From Raillietiella orientalis (Eukaryota): DNA of 64,000 bases. Below the pieces are notes generated by a model. It saw nothing but the letters and a program-made list of their open reading frames with translations. It had not been told where the DNA came from and did no database searches. The stretch is from the NCBI GenBank assembly GCA_036172245.1, contig JAYWIR010000060.1, positions 248,001 to 312,000 of the forward strand, written 5' to 3'. Positions 47,419 through 60,700 of this stretch are shown in pieces (the first letter of the stretch is position 1; each line of letters starts with the position of its first letter). The position numbers and the translations under genes are program-made.

Positions 47419-50400
47419 GTCCGTGGGGACGGAGTCCCACTCGCAGAGAAGGGTGGCGCCAACCGGAATCCTGCGTGGAACGGACTCGGCGAGAGGAACG
47501 GATGCTGCTGCAGCTCCGCTGGCCGACGCGCAGACTTGAGCGAGTTGGGGTGAGGCAGAACGGCGAACCTACCATTCCCTGAAGGGACGTTAAGGTCACA
47601 TGCGATTGCGTGCAGGCCGACAGCTTGCTTTTCCTCTTCCCTTTTTTCCGATTGAATTCGGTGCTTGCCGATGTTCAACTGTGATCCATGTGAAATGTAC
47701 AATCACGAGTCTGATCCACGAACGCGTTTCTCCCAAGAATGAGGACGGTCGCAGGGCAATTCCATCCTCCCGCGCCTCCTCTCTCCACCCATCAAATGAG
47801 TGGAAAGAAGGAGAAGGCCTTCTCCGCTCTTCTCCACCTCCACCACACGGAGAAAACGCAGAGTCTCAGAGTTAGGAATCCGACAGAAGTCCCTGATCGC
47901 ACCGGCAACGGACCGAAAATGAGGCCTTTCGCCAGGGTTGCAAGGACAGAGGAAGAGAGAATGCGCCGCTCGCAAGAAACGCCAGAAAAGCAAAACGAAA
48001 ACATTTAAAACACCTCAGCGAACACCACCGTGGATACCAACGAGCTCTCCCCTCGCGCGCGCATGCGAACTGCGTGTGTTTTGTGTGCGGGTCCAGCTTG
48101 AGCAGCCAGAGAGATGAGCTGGAACATTCGCCTTCGGCAAGCCTCTCTTTCATTCGAAGCACGTGCAAGAGGGATGCCATTCCTTGGACTACGAGCGGGG
48201 AACGGGTACTCGAACTGTTCAAGAACGCTGAACTGTGCCCCCCTGCAAACAGCATCCACTCCGCATCACGAGGACACGAGTACTGCACATCCGTGAGCTG
48301 AGCGAACGTCCTACTACATGTGAAAGATGAGATTTTTGCATCGACCGCTCCTCGCGAACGAAAAGCGAGCTGCACCCTCCCGACCATCCGTGGGACCGAC
48401 GGTCTCCTCCCCTCCCCCCCACGAGCCAGCACGGGAGCGAGGCAGATTTTACACGCAAACTGGTAACTTTGGAAACACAAAAAACATCTTGCGGTCATCG
48501 AGGAAGAAGCAGGCGGGCTGTCATTTGCAGTTTTCATTCTGGAAATGCGCGCGGAAGGAAGGAAGAATTCACAAAGAAGAATTCGCCGTGAACGAGGGGA
48601 GCTTCCGGTTCGATATGCAAGCAGCAGCGAAAGACCCACTACAAAGCAGACCGCTTGGGTTCGCCGCCACGAAGCCCAATTTTCCATGAAAGAGGAAGGC
48701 AAAATCATTCTCCAGTCCCCCCCCCTTCCCTCTTTGCCAGCAGGACCAGCTTAGCAGACCGTGGTGATAAACGAAAGAGTGCTGCTGCTGCGTTTATCTC
48801 TTAGTATCTGCCCTGGAAACCCAGCTTGACGTCTCCCCATAAGCTTCGGTTACCCCAAGGACTGAGGAGGAAGCCACTTCGGTGACCGCTGACTTTCAAG
48901 TTCAACCACGGGACGGAGACGATCGGTCCCTCCTCGGCAAGATGGTTGTTGTCTTCCGCAGAGGAAAGAAGGCCGCGGCTGCATAGAGAGCGAAACGCAG
49001 AAACGCAGCAATCAGGCGTCACGCTGGCGCATGCAGACCGAAATGAAAATCCCACCTGCTGGGCCCACGGGAAAAGGGAGGAAGAAAGTACTTTTTGCAC
49101 ACGGACCGCATTCAGCGACGAGGCAGGAACTACCGGGCTCGACAGGAACCACGCTGGAGGGAACTTTCGAAGCGTGATCAGGAAGAAACCCGCCGCTGAA
49201 AGGTCCTCCTCACGCTGTTCAGAAGCTGAAGGAAGGCATCCCAGAGAAAGTCACAGCGTATGCGCTCCAAGAACAAAGGGAAGCAGCGAAGAGATTCTGG
49301 GACCCGAGAACAAACCCGTGCAGACCAGTTCCTTTCCAGGTGACTTTTGGTCGGACGACGTCGGGAGAAAGTGGGGTGGAGGGAACGTTCCGGAAGAAAA
49401 ATTCGGGGGACAATCGCAGCTCCGGAGGGGTCGCTGTTGACCTTGAAAAGTGAACGGTCAAGTCCACCGACCGAAAATAAAATCGCACTCGAACAGGTTC
49501 TCGTGTCCACTGCAGAGCCGGACCTAGGAAGATGGCAGTGACGTGCGTTTTCCGCACGCGACGGTTTTTTTGGGGGGCAGTGCGTTAATCAGAAAAGGAT
49601 CTGCCGACGTGTATTCAGGCAGTTTGCAGTCACGAAAGCCACGCACGACGACGCGCAGAACCGGAAAATCTTCGACTCCGGCGGAATCGAAGACCTCCTG
49701 GCAGCCATCCTGGAGCTGCTGCCTCGCGCGACCTGCCGATCGAAAAGCCTGCGCATTTCGGCTTATCAGCATCCCATCAGCCCAGCAGATTAACGATGTA
49801 CAGAAGTCGAGTACACTGAGCGCACTCCCTACAGTATGCGAGCACAACGTGACGGCATGACCCAAAGGCCATGCTGGACAGCAGCGTATGACCTGCAGTG
49901 GATCCCGTGCGACCGGTTCGGTAATGTTCCGTGCAGTAAACAGAAAGAGAAGCTGCTTGCTGCAAGTGAGAAACGCCTTGTGGCTACAGTGGATAGGTGG
50001 CTTTCTTTGCTTACCACCGGTTGTCTGAATTACACGACTGGGCACCCGAATTCGTAGGAACAATAGAATATACGGAATAGCATAATTAATTACAGCCTAA
50101 GAGCACTTTCGGTCGCAAAAAAAGTTTGAAGAAGAAGAAGAAGGAAAAAAAGAACCTTTTTTTTTTATATAACGCTTTTTCTTGAAGTTCCTGGCTTTAC
50201 AAGTTCGACCGGAAAAGTCGCAAGTACATAAGCAAGTATTCAATTTACCGACGCACATCAGTCAGCTGCAGACCTATCGAAACTAAAAGGCAAAAGGTTT
50301 AACGAAATGAAATTACACACCCACCTAACTAACAGGATGTGTTCCTTAATCAAGATTATGATCTGAAAAAAACATGCAATTACAGCTGCTGATGTCCACG

Positions 50401-52095
50401 AAATGAACACAAGACGGGTTCGGTTATCATCATTAGTATTTCTAAAGCTGATTCTCTAGACAAGAGTACCAAACTTTTTCTCTGCCTGTCAGATCCACTC
50501 TTTGACATACCTCGAACGAAACGCTTCCATTTTTCGAGAGAAGGATTCCTCTGAAGACTTTGGAAGCACTTTCAGAAACGATCAGCTCACAGGATATGCT
50601 TTGGTTAATTACGAGAAATATTCGTGCCATACACGTACACATGATCCTATTGAGCTCACCTGAACAGTAATTAATTGCCATACGCATAGCATCATTGATG
50701 TTTTTATTGCTGTTTACTCATTTCGAATAATTTCTCTCCTCTTGCTTACCTCAGTGAAAGCATACTGAAACGATAATTTTTCAGGATGTAATTAATGTTT
50801 ACTTTGAACAAATTATACTGAAGAACTTATGATAAACAACCAGAAGGATGTGGCATAAATACTTCGGAAACCCTTCAGCAGGCCGATACGTGGAACTGTT
50901 GTTTCTAAAACATGGCCAATGATGGAGATCCTGCTTCAGTGTTTCAAGAATTTCACATGCAAGGAAAGATGCTGCCTACCCAATGTCTGTTTATTGTACG
51001 TACTTCAGGGAGTACAAATTTTGTTGAATTTTTCTCGAAACTTGCACTGTCTTATATCACTAGTTTAAGGTACACTACGAAAAACTTCTCGGGGAGCACA
51101 TTTTCATCCTTGTTCTAAATGCATAGCACTACAGTAATCAAATATGTCAAAATACTCAAGGGTATATGGAAAGTGGGATGGCCGAATGTTGATGATGACT
51201 AATAACTTCCTAGTTCATATATTATTCCTTCTGCAGCTTAGAAAAACTAATTCTGAAAATAGCATTTTGTATTTCAAAGTGGATGGGACATTGTAAGGGA
51301 TTTCCGGTGTGTGCTATAAATCTTTTCGAAGACGCGTGAGGAAACACACAGACACATACTTGTCGTTGCTGTTGAATCCTACCCTTCATGTTCTGTTCAC
51401 CTTGTTCCTCTAATTCGGACCATCCAAGTTTCCACTTTTACGTTGTTTCTGCACTAACCTAAAAAACACCCGTTCTCAGGTCTCAGGTGGGCCCCGTTCC
51501 ATCGGATACTATTCGATTCCATCGTCTGCTTTCAAATATTTACAAATGCTCGCAAATCAACGGGAAATCCTAGCAGCGATCGGGACAATACTGCTGAATT
51601 CGGGAACACCAGGAAAAAGAAAATCGATCGAGAATTGTGATACTTCCCTGGGATGTATGAGCAGCCTACAAACGCGATGAAAGTTGAAAAGTTCGTGGGA
51701 CGAATGTGAATGAAACTCGTGAAAGTATTTTTTTCCCGTGTTTCGGAGCAGGACCGTAACGTAAAGGACAAGGATAACCCTTCATCACCTGCCACACGGG
51801 AAATTGCTGGGATGACCGGCAATTTTCCGAAATGACAAGCTGGCACCCATCACGGCCCTAGTGCTCGGCTACTGCAGGACCACTCCACCGTTTTTTTGGA
51901 AGGTGCAGTGACGGCGTAGGCGTATCGGCCTGCCTTACGGCATCCCGGAAATAAAGTGCTCTGCTATTTATTGGGCACTCACTGATTTGTTTACCCTGGA
52001 TGTTTAAAACCGTGTGTTTGTGCCGTGTTGAAAGTGTGTAGTTCGTACGCTGTGACCCCCGTGCGAGCAAAGTAATGCATAAATTTGTATTTTCA

Positions 52096-52177
52096 GGTTG
52101 CTCGTTTTCCAGTGAAATTTTTTCCGTAGCATTCGAATTCTTCGAACCAAGCAAAAGAGACTGAAATATTAGGGCAG
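52096..52177 (+). other. Candidate 5' UTR exon of the Acsl gene
   Basis: Acceptor tttgtattttcag ends at 52095 and donor CAG|gtaatt starts at 52178, about 350 nt upstream of the first coding exon. Confidence 0.4.
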
Positions 52178-52528
52178 GTAATTTCTCCGGAACATTTAGG
52201 ACCGCTTAGGGTAAACTTTTGTGATTTCAATTTGCTTTCCCACTTATAGAACAGTGTGCCCCTTTCTACCAAGTAATCCTCTGCCTTAACAAAAAAACAA
52301 TCATTTATGAGAAGGTTTCACTTTGTGGTATTTTTTATAATTTGAAATCAAGAAGGACTGGTGAATCCGTGCCTGTTCTGCAGTGCCGGTTTTTATAATA
52401 AAAACAAAGTAACAAAAATAGAAAGGTAAAATCGAACTGCTCGGTAGAAAAACTCAAACTCGAATCTGATCGAATCGAAGGTGTTCATTTCTTCACGTCT
52501 ACGAGTTGAGCACAACTAATGGCAGGAA

Positions 52529-54923
52529 ATGATTATTCTTTACATTTTGATGCTGATTGCTACATTCCATGATGTTTTGTTTAACATGCCCTCAGTAAAC
52601 TGTGCTACAAGTGCACAACTGCAGTAACACCATGCAAAACAAGGTTAAGAGTTTGAAAAATTAAACGTGTGTGTTTAATTTCTGATTACAGGTGAAAGTA
52701 TGTAGACAGGGACAGCAAATTACCATCCAGAACACAGCATCTCCAGTGGGTATTCAAAAACTTTTGAGAGAAAATGGTATTCAAACCATGGAGCAGGTAT
52801 TCTGAAAACAGTTTTAATGGACAAGCAATGTTTGTTCTTCAAGATGTTGGACTATGTTCTGCATAATTATCCAGATAAACCATTTTTGGGCACAAGACAA
52901 GTTCTTCAAGAAGATGAAGAGCTACAATCAAATGGCAAACATTTCAAAAAGGTTATGTGCAAAAAACTATTTCTTCCATAAAAAAATTTTTTTTTTTTTT
53001 TTTACAAGCAGTTAGTCCTGGGAGACTACAGTTGGATGAACTTGCACGACATAGTTAGAAGTGCATATGAAATAGGTCACAAGCTGCTAAGCCTTAATCT
53101 AAGACCAGGAGACAAGGTTTTACTCTTAGCAGAAACTCGAGCAGAGTGGCTGCTCACTGCATTAGGTTGCTTCACGCATAAGCTTACTTTAGTCACTTTG
53201 TATGCTACGCTTGGAGACCGAGCAATAATAAGTTGCATCAATGAGTCAAAAGCCACACACTTAGTCACGTCCAGTGAAATGCTACCGAAACTAGAGGAGC
53301 TAGTTTCCCAAACACCACACCTCAGGCTTGTCCTTTGCATGAAATCTCAATTGAGAAACACATCTAGGCAAAAATTGAGCGTCGACGTAACCCCCTGGGA
53401 AATTTTAGCCAATTGTTATTATGAGGAGCACACTTGTTGTTCCAAACCAGCAGCCAACGACCTAGCTGTGCTCATGTACACTAGTGGCTCAACCGGGTAC
53501 CCCAAAGGAGTGCTACTCACCCATGCTAACTTGCTTGCTGGCATTTGTGCTTATGGTAATCTTTTTGAGGTGCATGCAGATGATTTGTATGGGGCATTCT
53601 TGCCTCTTGCACATGTGTTAGAAATGCTAGCAGGTAAACAACAAATTTGCTACAAGAATCATTAACTTTTTTGTAGAGTGCTGGTGCATAATACAAAATA
53701 TTCCAATTGGCTACTGCACACCTCAAACACTACTAAACAGTAGCACAAGGGTAAAACGAGGCTGCCTTGGAGATCTTAAAGTTCTTCGTCCAACTTTAAT
53801 TAGCTGTGTACCTCTTATCTTGAATCGCATCTACAGGGGTGTTATGCAGAGAGTGAATGCTAAATGGATACTTGTGCGTGCTTTGTTTCACCTTGCACTA
53901 AAGTACAAGAGTTGGTGCCTCCGACAAGGAAGAAGCACACCACTCTGTGATAAGCTGTTCTTTCATGCCATTGCACAGGAGCTGGGTGGTCGCATCCGCA
54001 TCATTGCATGTGGCAGCGCTCCTTTATCGAAAGAAGTGCATGCATTCAGTCGTGCTGCCCTTTGTTGCCATGTCTTGCAAGCTTATGGACTGACGGAAAC
54101 CACAGCATCTGGATGCAGTACATCTGTAGATGACATGCAACTTGGCAAGGTTGGCTGGCCGTTGTACGGCTGCACTATCCGCTTGATTAACTGGTCTGAA
54201 GGAGGCTACTTAGTAATGGATACTCCAAACCCACGGGGTGAAATCGTAATAGGAGGAAACGTCGTAGCCTCTGGGTATTATGACCACAAGGAATCTTTGG
54301 CAGAACCGCATCCCTTGGCTTGGAACGAAGCCCATTCGAGAGAAGGAGATCCTTTTGTTAGCAAAGATGGAGTGCTTTGGTTTCATACCGGGGATATTGG
54401 TGAATTAGGGCCAGACAATATGCTAGCCATCATAGACAGAAAGAAGGATCTAGTCAAATTGCAACATGGCGAATATGTGTCCCTAGGAAAAGTTGAATCT
54501 GTACTGAAGATTTGCCCAATTGTGGATAACATCTGTGTGTGCGGCAATTCTTCCAAAAACTGTGTTGTTGCCATTGTAGTGCCAGTTTGTGAGCAACTGG
54601 AACAGATAGCAAAAACAATGGGGAAGAATGGGCTGCCTTTTGCTCAGCTGTGTGATGATCCGAATGTGACAAAGAATGTCCTGGAGAAGCTTCAAGAATG
54701 CTGCTTCAAAGGTAAGAGGGAACGAACCCACCGTTACGGAATGCCTTCTGTTATAGCTGGATTGGCGCGTTTTGAGGTGCCCCTAGCAGTGAGACTGAGC
54801 AGCATCCCATGGACACCCGACAGCGGGTTTGTGTCCCCCACCTTCAAACTGAAACGAGCGTTTATCGAGAAGCACTTTGCAAGAGATATAAAACAGCTTT
54901 ATGAAGAAACGGAGGAAAACTGA
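52529..54923 (+). CDS. Acsl: Long-chain-fatty-acid--CoA ligase (ACSL3/ACSL4-like); N-terminus uncertain
   Basis: Exons (52529 or 52632)-52643, 52692-52796, 52844-52951, 53012-53633, 53677-54711 and 54757-54923, with 43-60 nt GT-AG introns. Motifs include LGTRQVL..EDE.Q.NG..FKK, AETRAEW, the AMP-binding YTSGSTGYPKGV, FLPLAHV, YGLTET, WFHTGDIG, IIDRKKDLVKLQHGEYVSLGKVE and FKLKR. Length is 682 aa from ATG 52632; the segment from ATG 52529 is out of frame by 1 nt (see findings). AATAAA at 55095-55100. Confidence 0.95.
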
Positions 54924-57900
54924 GGGAGGGCGTTCGAAGGCCCACATTTTCGTGTACCGTAGTCAGTAAGCAACCCAGTTGTTCATTTGGTGTTTAATTG
55001 AAGAACTTGATTCCCTGAAGCAGCATAGCAGTCCCCCCGCAGAGGCAAAATTGTTAACGAAACGGCTAGTCCGGAAATGTGCTGTTAGTCACGTAATAAA
55101 TCAAAAGATTTCTCATTCAACTTTTTGGTTTTCAACCGCACGCACGGTGGTGGCTTATCCAGAGCCCGTTCCAGCCGAGGCGGTGGCCAGCGAACGAGCA
55201 GTGCGGGTTTTCCAGCCAACCGACCACTTGAGCCACTCGAGTCCGAGTCCACGCGCTCGGCGAGCGGCAAGCGATCAACGGCGGCGGGCGCACTTCCCCG
55301 GCAGCGAGGGAAACGGAGCTTTTGCGCGTGGCGGGCGACCGGAAGGAGCTTTGGTCGCGGCCGTGGAAAAAAAAAAAAAAAAAAAGGGAGAGCTCGCGAC
55401 GACAGGAAGGAGAATCGGAGACCCCGCGCCCTCCTTCCGCCCGATTCCGAGTCGCGGAGGCGACGGAGACGTCGGGACGTCTCCGACCCGCACAGCAAGT
55501 CGAGCGGCGATTCCTGCATGCCTTCCACACGCGCTATACCACTCTGCAGGCGTGCCAAGTGATGCGCCGTTACTCCCCCCGATCCTTTGGCACCGGTCCG
55601 CCGTCAAGCCGGTGAGACTGCCTTCCTTGAGTTTCGAGTTCGTTTCGTGGAAACGTCGCTCTCTGTGGTGCTGTGCTCCCACGCGGCGGCCCCAACGCCC
55701 TCGACCAGCATTTGGGCGGCAAAGGCCGCCCCAAGGCTGGCAGCTTCCGTTGTTTCTTGCAGTAGGAGCGCGCGTCTTTCCGCCGTCCCCGTCTCCGCGC
55801 TCCGTCGCGTCCTTAAAGGGGACGCTTCCGTGGCCGACTTGGATTGGTCACGGATTCCCCCCGGTCACGGCCTTGTACGGTACGAAGAAGCATCGGCCGA
55901 TGCAGGGACCGAAGAAAAAACTTCCATGTGCCGATTTCTCGAGGCGCCTGCCAAAGAGTGGGAATCCCCGTCGCCGCCGGGCAGAGGTTGAAGGCGGCTT
56001 TGGCGCTTCTGGCGGCCGCGGGCAGCAGAGCCGTGCGAAGCAGCGCGTGGCGCCGCCGGTCCTGGTCGGCGGCGCCACGCGCACGCAGCAGTCGGCAAAG
56101 AACCGCCCCCTGGCTGGTAATACGACCCTTGCGCAGGGAAACCACCCTGGCTCGGGTCACGTGAAGGCGTGCAAAATTTCGAAAACGCAAGAAGAGGGTC
56201 GCCCACGCCGTGCCGTGCAAAAGAAAGAAAAAGAAATCTCCGCCCTTTCCTCCGTGCTCGTTGCGAATTCGGCAACCTCGCAACCGCCTCACCTCCTCCC
56301 GTGAGACGTCGGCACCTCCGGTCGGAAGAAGACCTTGCAGTCCGTCGGAGCGGATTCCACTCCGGGTAGACGTCCAGCATCGGCCGGACACGTCCCTTTG
56401 CCCCCCCCCCTCCTTTTGCCTGGGGGGTATTTTCTCGATTCTCGGTGCTCCGAAAGAGCTGCGGGCGCAATCCGTGCTTTCGGCGAGATGCAAGAAATCA
56501 AGAATTTCGTTGCCGACAGAAAGGCATTATGAAATAGGAAATACATTACGTTACGTGACGACGCCGTCGAGCGGGCCTCCCTGTTGGCTCTCAACACCAA
56601 AGCCTGGTGGTGGTGGTTTCTTGCGTGGCATCGTTAGAAAGGGTGAAGCCCTGCTTGTGGCAGCAAAGGGCCGGCAGCGATAAATCACTCGTCGAGCGGA
56701 ATCCTCCCGCAATCTCGATCCGTGTTTTGAAGTCGAGTACACTTGAGATTACGACCGAGATGGTGCGCGAGACGGATGACGTAGAACGAACGCGAGTCGA
56801 CCTGTCATCTGAGGAACGAATCGTAGACGGGAAAAGAGCAACACAAAACCTTTGGGGGTGCGGAGGATGTCGCGATTTTGTGCGCGAAACTCCATTCGGG
56901 CCGCAAGGAGACGCAAACCACCGTCGCGGCTGCCCCCGAACGCGGGGCAGGGAAGCACTTGCCCGTTCTGGCACCACCTCAGTCCAAAGAGTTGGGTCAC
57001 CCCGCACGCACGCACGCACGCACCTATTTCCGGGATGCACCCGAGTGACGGCGGAGGCCGACGAAAGAGTTGCACATCGGCAGAACCAACACGCGTGCGT
57101 TTAGCGAAATCCTGCATCTGCGCCTCCCACACTCGCGCGAAACGCGCGCGGAGATCCCAACATCCCCGAGATGAAAGCCGTACGGACCTCCCGCTGCCAA
57201 CAGGAAGAGCAGGCGGTCGCCGATGGGATTCCAAGACGTCGCCCTGCCGCACAAAATGCGATGTAAAAGAAGAAGAAAGGGAGGCGATTTCCGAATGCTG
57301 CGAGATTTTTCCGCGAATTCGGTCGCTGCGTTCAAAATCATTCCGGCCGCGAGCTATTCCCCGGGTCCTGGCGCAGAAAAGTCCGCTTCCCATCCAGTTG
57401 CACCTCGTATCATTCAACGTCACGTCAGCTTTTTTCCCCCCGGCTCGGGATTGGCACCGAGTCAGGGAGCCGCTGCTGTCAGCAGGTGGTGGCACCTTGG
57501 AGTTCTTCGCCTCCCATTCCACGCGATTCAGACGCCCCCCGGCAGCCGAGGCCGGCGGGGAGGGACCGCTCCTTCGACCGAAGGCCGCCCTTCGCTCCGT
57601 GCGCGGACCGCCAATCGCGGCGGCAGCGTCGCGGCGACGTTCCTTCCTTGGCGCCGCCGCCGCCACCGCGAACCCGCCACGCCCACCCACCCGGGCGCCG
57701 TGCAACGTCCAGCGAGCAGCAGAAGTGGCGGGCGCGCGAGGGAACGCGAAGACACGGAAGCACTCGGCGTCGGTGGCGCCGCAGGAAGCGCGCAAGGAAA
57801 AAATGCAAGCGAAAATTCCCCCTTTCCTCCTTTCGGGGGGGGGGGAGGAATGTTCGGCGAAGAGTACGGAACCGCTTCGCGGAAGGGCACGAATTTCGAG

Positions 57901-60700
57901 GGTGGGCCAAGGAGAAACCCTCTCGGAAACGGTGCAACGGCCGACTCGGTCGACACGACGTGGTCGCGCGCGGACCGCTTTTCGGGTGGACGCTTTTTGG
58001 CGGTCGCTGCATCCACGCCTAAACCGACCCGGCACGGACGGTCCCCTAAAACGGCTCGCCAGCGTGTGGCGATGCCTTTGCATCGAGCTGTCGTCGTCCA
58101 CTCATTCAATCGGCAGCGACCTCCGGCGACGTGCAGATCAATCAGTTGCATCAGTTACCCTTTGCAGGCAACAGCACTTGCGGAAAACGAAAGGGGTAGC
58201 GTTTTCGTTTTTATTTTTCATTTTTTTTTTTTGAAAAAAAACACACACACACACACACCAACAAACCCTCCTTTACGATGGGTACTTTTTTCGAACTCAA
58301 ACCACCGGAAATGCGCGTGCGACGTCCACCATTGCGGTATCGGCAGTTGCATCGAAAACACGTGAACTGCTTTTAAAGACATTCGGCTGGCGCGGACGCG
58401 GCGCCTTGGGAGCGTGGCGCAGCCCGCCAGAAGCCGAAGCACCCAAGAAGGGTTCTCCGCTCCCTGCAAAGAGAATAGAGAGATCTCAGAGGGGAGGGCT
58501 CTTCCTCAAGGTCTATTCGCAGGATTGCCAACTCCACCGGAGACGAAAAATACGATCTGCATGCGCGTGGCGCACCGAACGTTCCGGCGAGCCTGCGCAA
58601 ACAGGCGGCAACCGCGTGCTGCGCTGCGTTTCACATCTGGCAGCGACCGTAGGCAGTCAAATCGAATCGGAACAACACGTAGAGAACTAACCCCCCCCCC
58701 TCACCCCCCCCCCCCGACACCCAGCACGCGACTCGGGTCTGCGCCGGATCTGCCATCCGGCGAAGCGCACCTTCCACTGCCGCCCGATCTGCAGTTAACT
58801 CTGCGCGCGTCTCGGAGAGGACGCTGCACTGCTCGTTGCCGCAGCGCCTCCAGGCGGACTTCTGCCGCATTTCCCCATCGGGAAGGGGGACGGTTTCGCT
58901 CCTCTTCGTCCCCATCGGTGAAAATCATCAGGACGTAGTGCGTTTGGGAAGCCTTTTCCCAAAACAACAACAACAACAACAAAAATGGGTCGTAAGCGGA
59001 GCCACCTGTTTTGTTCGCAGACGCACGGCCGGGCTGTGGCATCATCAAATCACTGAACGCGTCCGGACAACGTGTGCTCGGCAAACGGCCCGAAATGACG
59101 GTGGCATCCCGTGCAGGGACACCCCACTAGCAGGAGAAAAGGGAGATCCCCAGCACCGAGGAACGATAAGCCACTTTAAAGACGAGGAAAGCGAACCCCG
59201 CGATCGCGGCAACCGATCCCCGTGCATCCCTCCATCCCCCTGACCCAGATTGCGGCAATTAATGGCCATGCTTACGTTCCAGGCGTGCCGAACACACGTT
59301 TTCCAAAATTCCCCGTCTTTCGAGTCGCATCCCCGTGCACTTCGATCTCCAAATACTCACTTGTCACGTCAGCGTGCCGCGAGGCTCCCTCGGAGGTGGC
59401 TCGAAGTGGAACGCGAGCCTATTTATCGAAAGTCGGTCTGCAAACTGTGTGTTGAGGGGGCGGGAAGGGGGGCAAAGCACACTCCGAGGTCTTCGGTATC
59501 GAAACACGATTCCTGCTCACCACGTGGCATCGTGCCATCTCCAAGTGATCGACTCCTTCGCTCCCTCCGACGCGGCTCCCTAGACCTTCGGCAGGCCGCG
59601 AAAGCAAAGAGTCTCGCGGAAAATTCCTCCGACTTCCCGCTCGCGGTTCCTCCCAGCAACAGAATGCAACAATAAGAGCAGCAGCAGCAGCAGCAGCCGA
59701 ATGGACCTCAGTCTTTCGAAACTGCGTTATCACGGAAATTCGATTGAGAAGAGGCTTTGGTTCCGTGGACCCCTTCGCAGGCGCGTTCACTGAGCTGGCA
59801 CCAGCAGCACCAGCAGCAGCAGCCAAGAGGAGGCCGCCTGCCGTACCACTGGTTAATTCGCGGACCGAGGAACTCGGACTTCCTCCTCCTCCTCCCACGA
59901 GGTCCCCTAGCGCTACGGAGCGGTATGGAAGGGGAACGCGTGCGACGCGCTTCCGGGCGGAGGATTCGAGGACACGGAATTCGGCCGCGCGAAGGCGGCG
60001 CGGGCGAGTCCGCGAAAATCCGTCCCCCCTCCCCTCGGGGGTCGGAGGATCCCGTGCGCCGGGTCGCCGAGGACGCGGCCGCTCAGGCACCGCGCCCCCC
60101 GAAGCACGGTGGCGCGCGCGCACGTATCCGCCGCCAGCGTCAAGCGAAGAAACGCGAGGAAGAAGAAAATCAGGATGCAGAAGAACCACGTCTGGACCCC
60201 CCCCCCCCTTCCCGCTTTCCCCGCGGATGCCACACGGTTCGTGCCAACGCGAGGTGTTCGTCGGACCCACAAGTGTTGCGCAGAGCCGTCGAGAGCGATC
60301 CGCCCACTGCTGCTGCTGCCTTCGACGCTGCCGCAACCGTTTTTCCTGGTGCCCGCGCCGCAGCAGGAAGGCGGCACTGGTGGAGCACGGGCAGCGGCGG
60401 CGCCAGCGGCCGGCACCAGCGCCTGCCCGCCGCCCGCATCCGCAGCAAAGTCGGCCTTCCGCAACTACGTAAAGGGCGCATGGGCAGGCGGAGCGCCCGG
60501 TTCCATTCTGGCGCAGGGTTGCCATTCCGCGGACGGCGAGTCGCCCGGGCTCGCTCGGAGGAGGATGGGGTTTCCCGCCCTACTCGCGCGCGCGCGCGGG
60601 GAACCGGAAACGGGGTCGTCCTTTTTCGCGATTGCGCGAAGGTGGAGCGAGACGACGACCGTTCGTGCAGGGTTGCCACTTCGCGGCCTGGCGGGCGGGG

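Noticed and set aside
47790..48620. Fragments reminiscent of Gypsy RNase H
   Set aside because: Similarity is too weak and split across frames; an HMM search is needed.
59678..59830. (GCA)n tracts suggesting a poly-Gln or poly-Ala exon
   Set aside because: No consistent frame, splice sites or recognisable domain were found.
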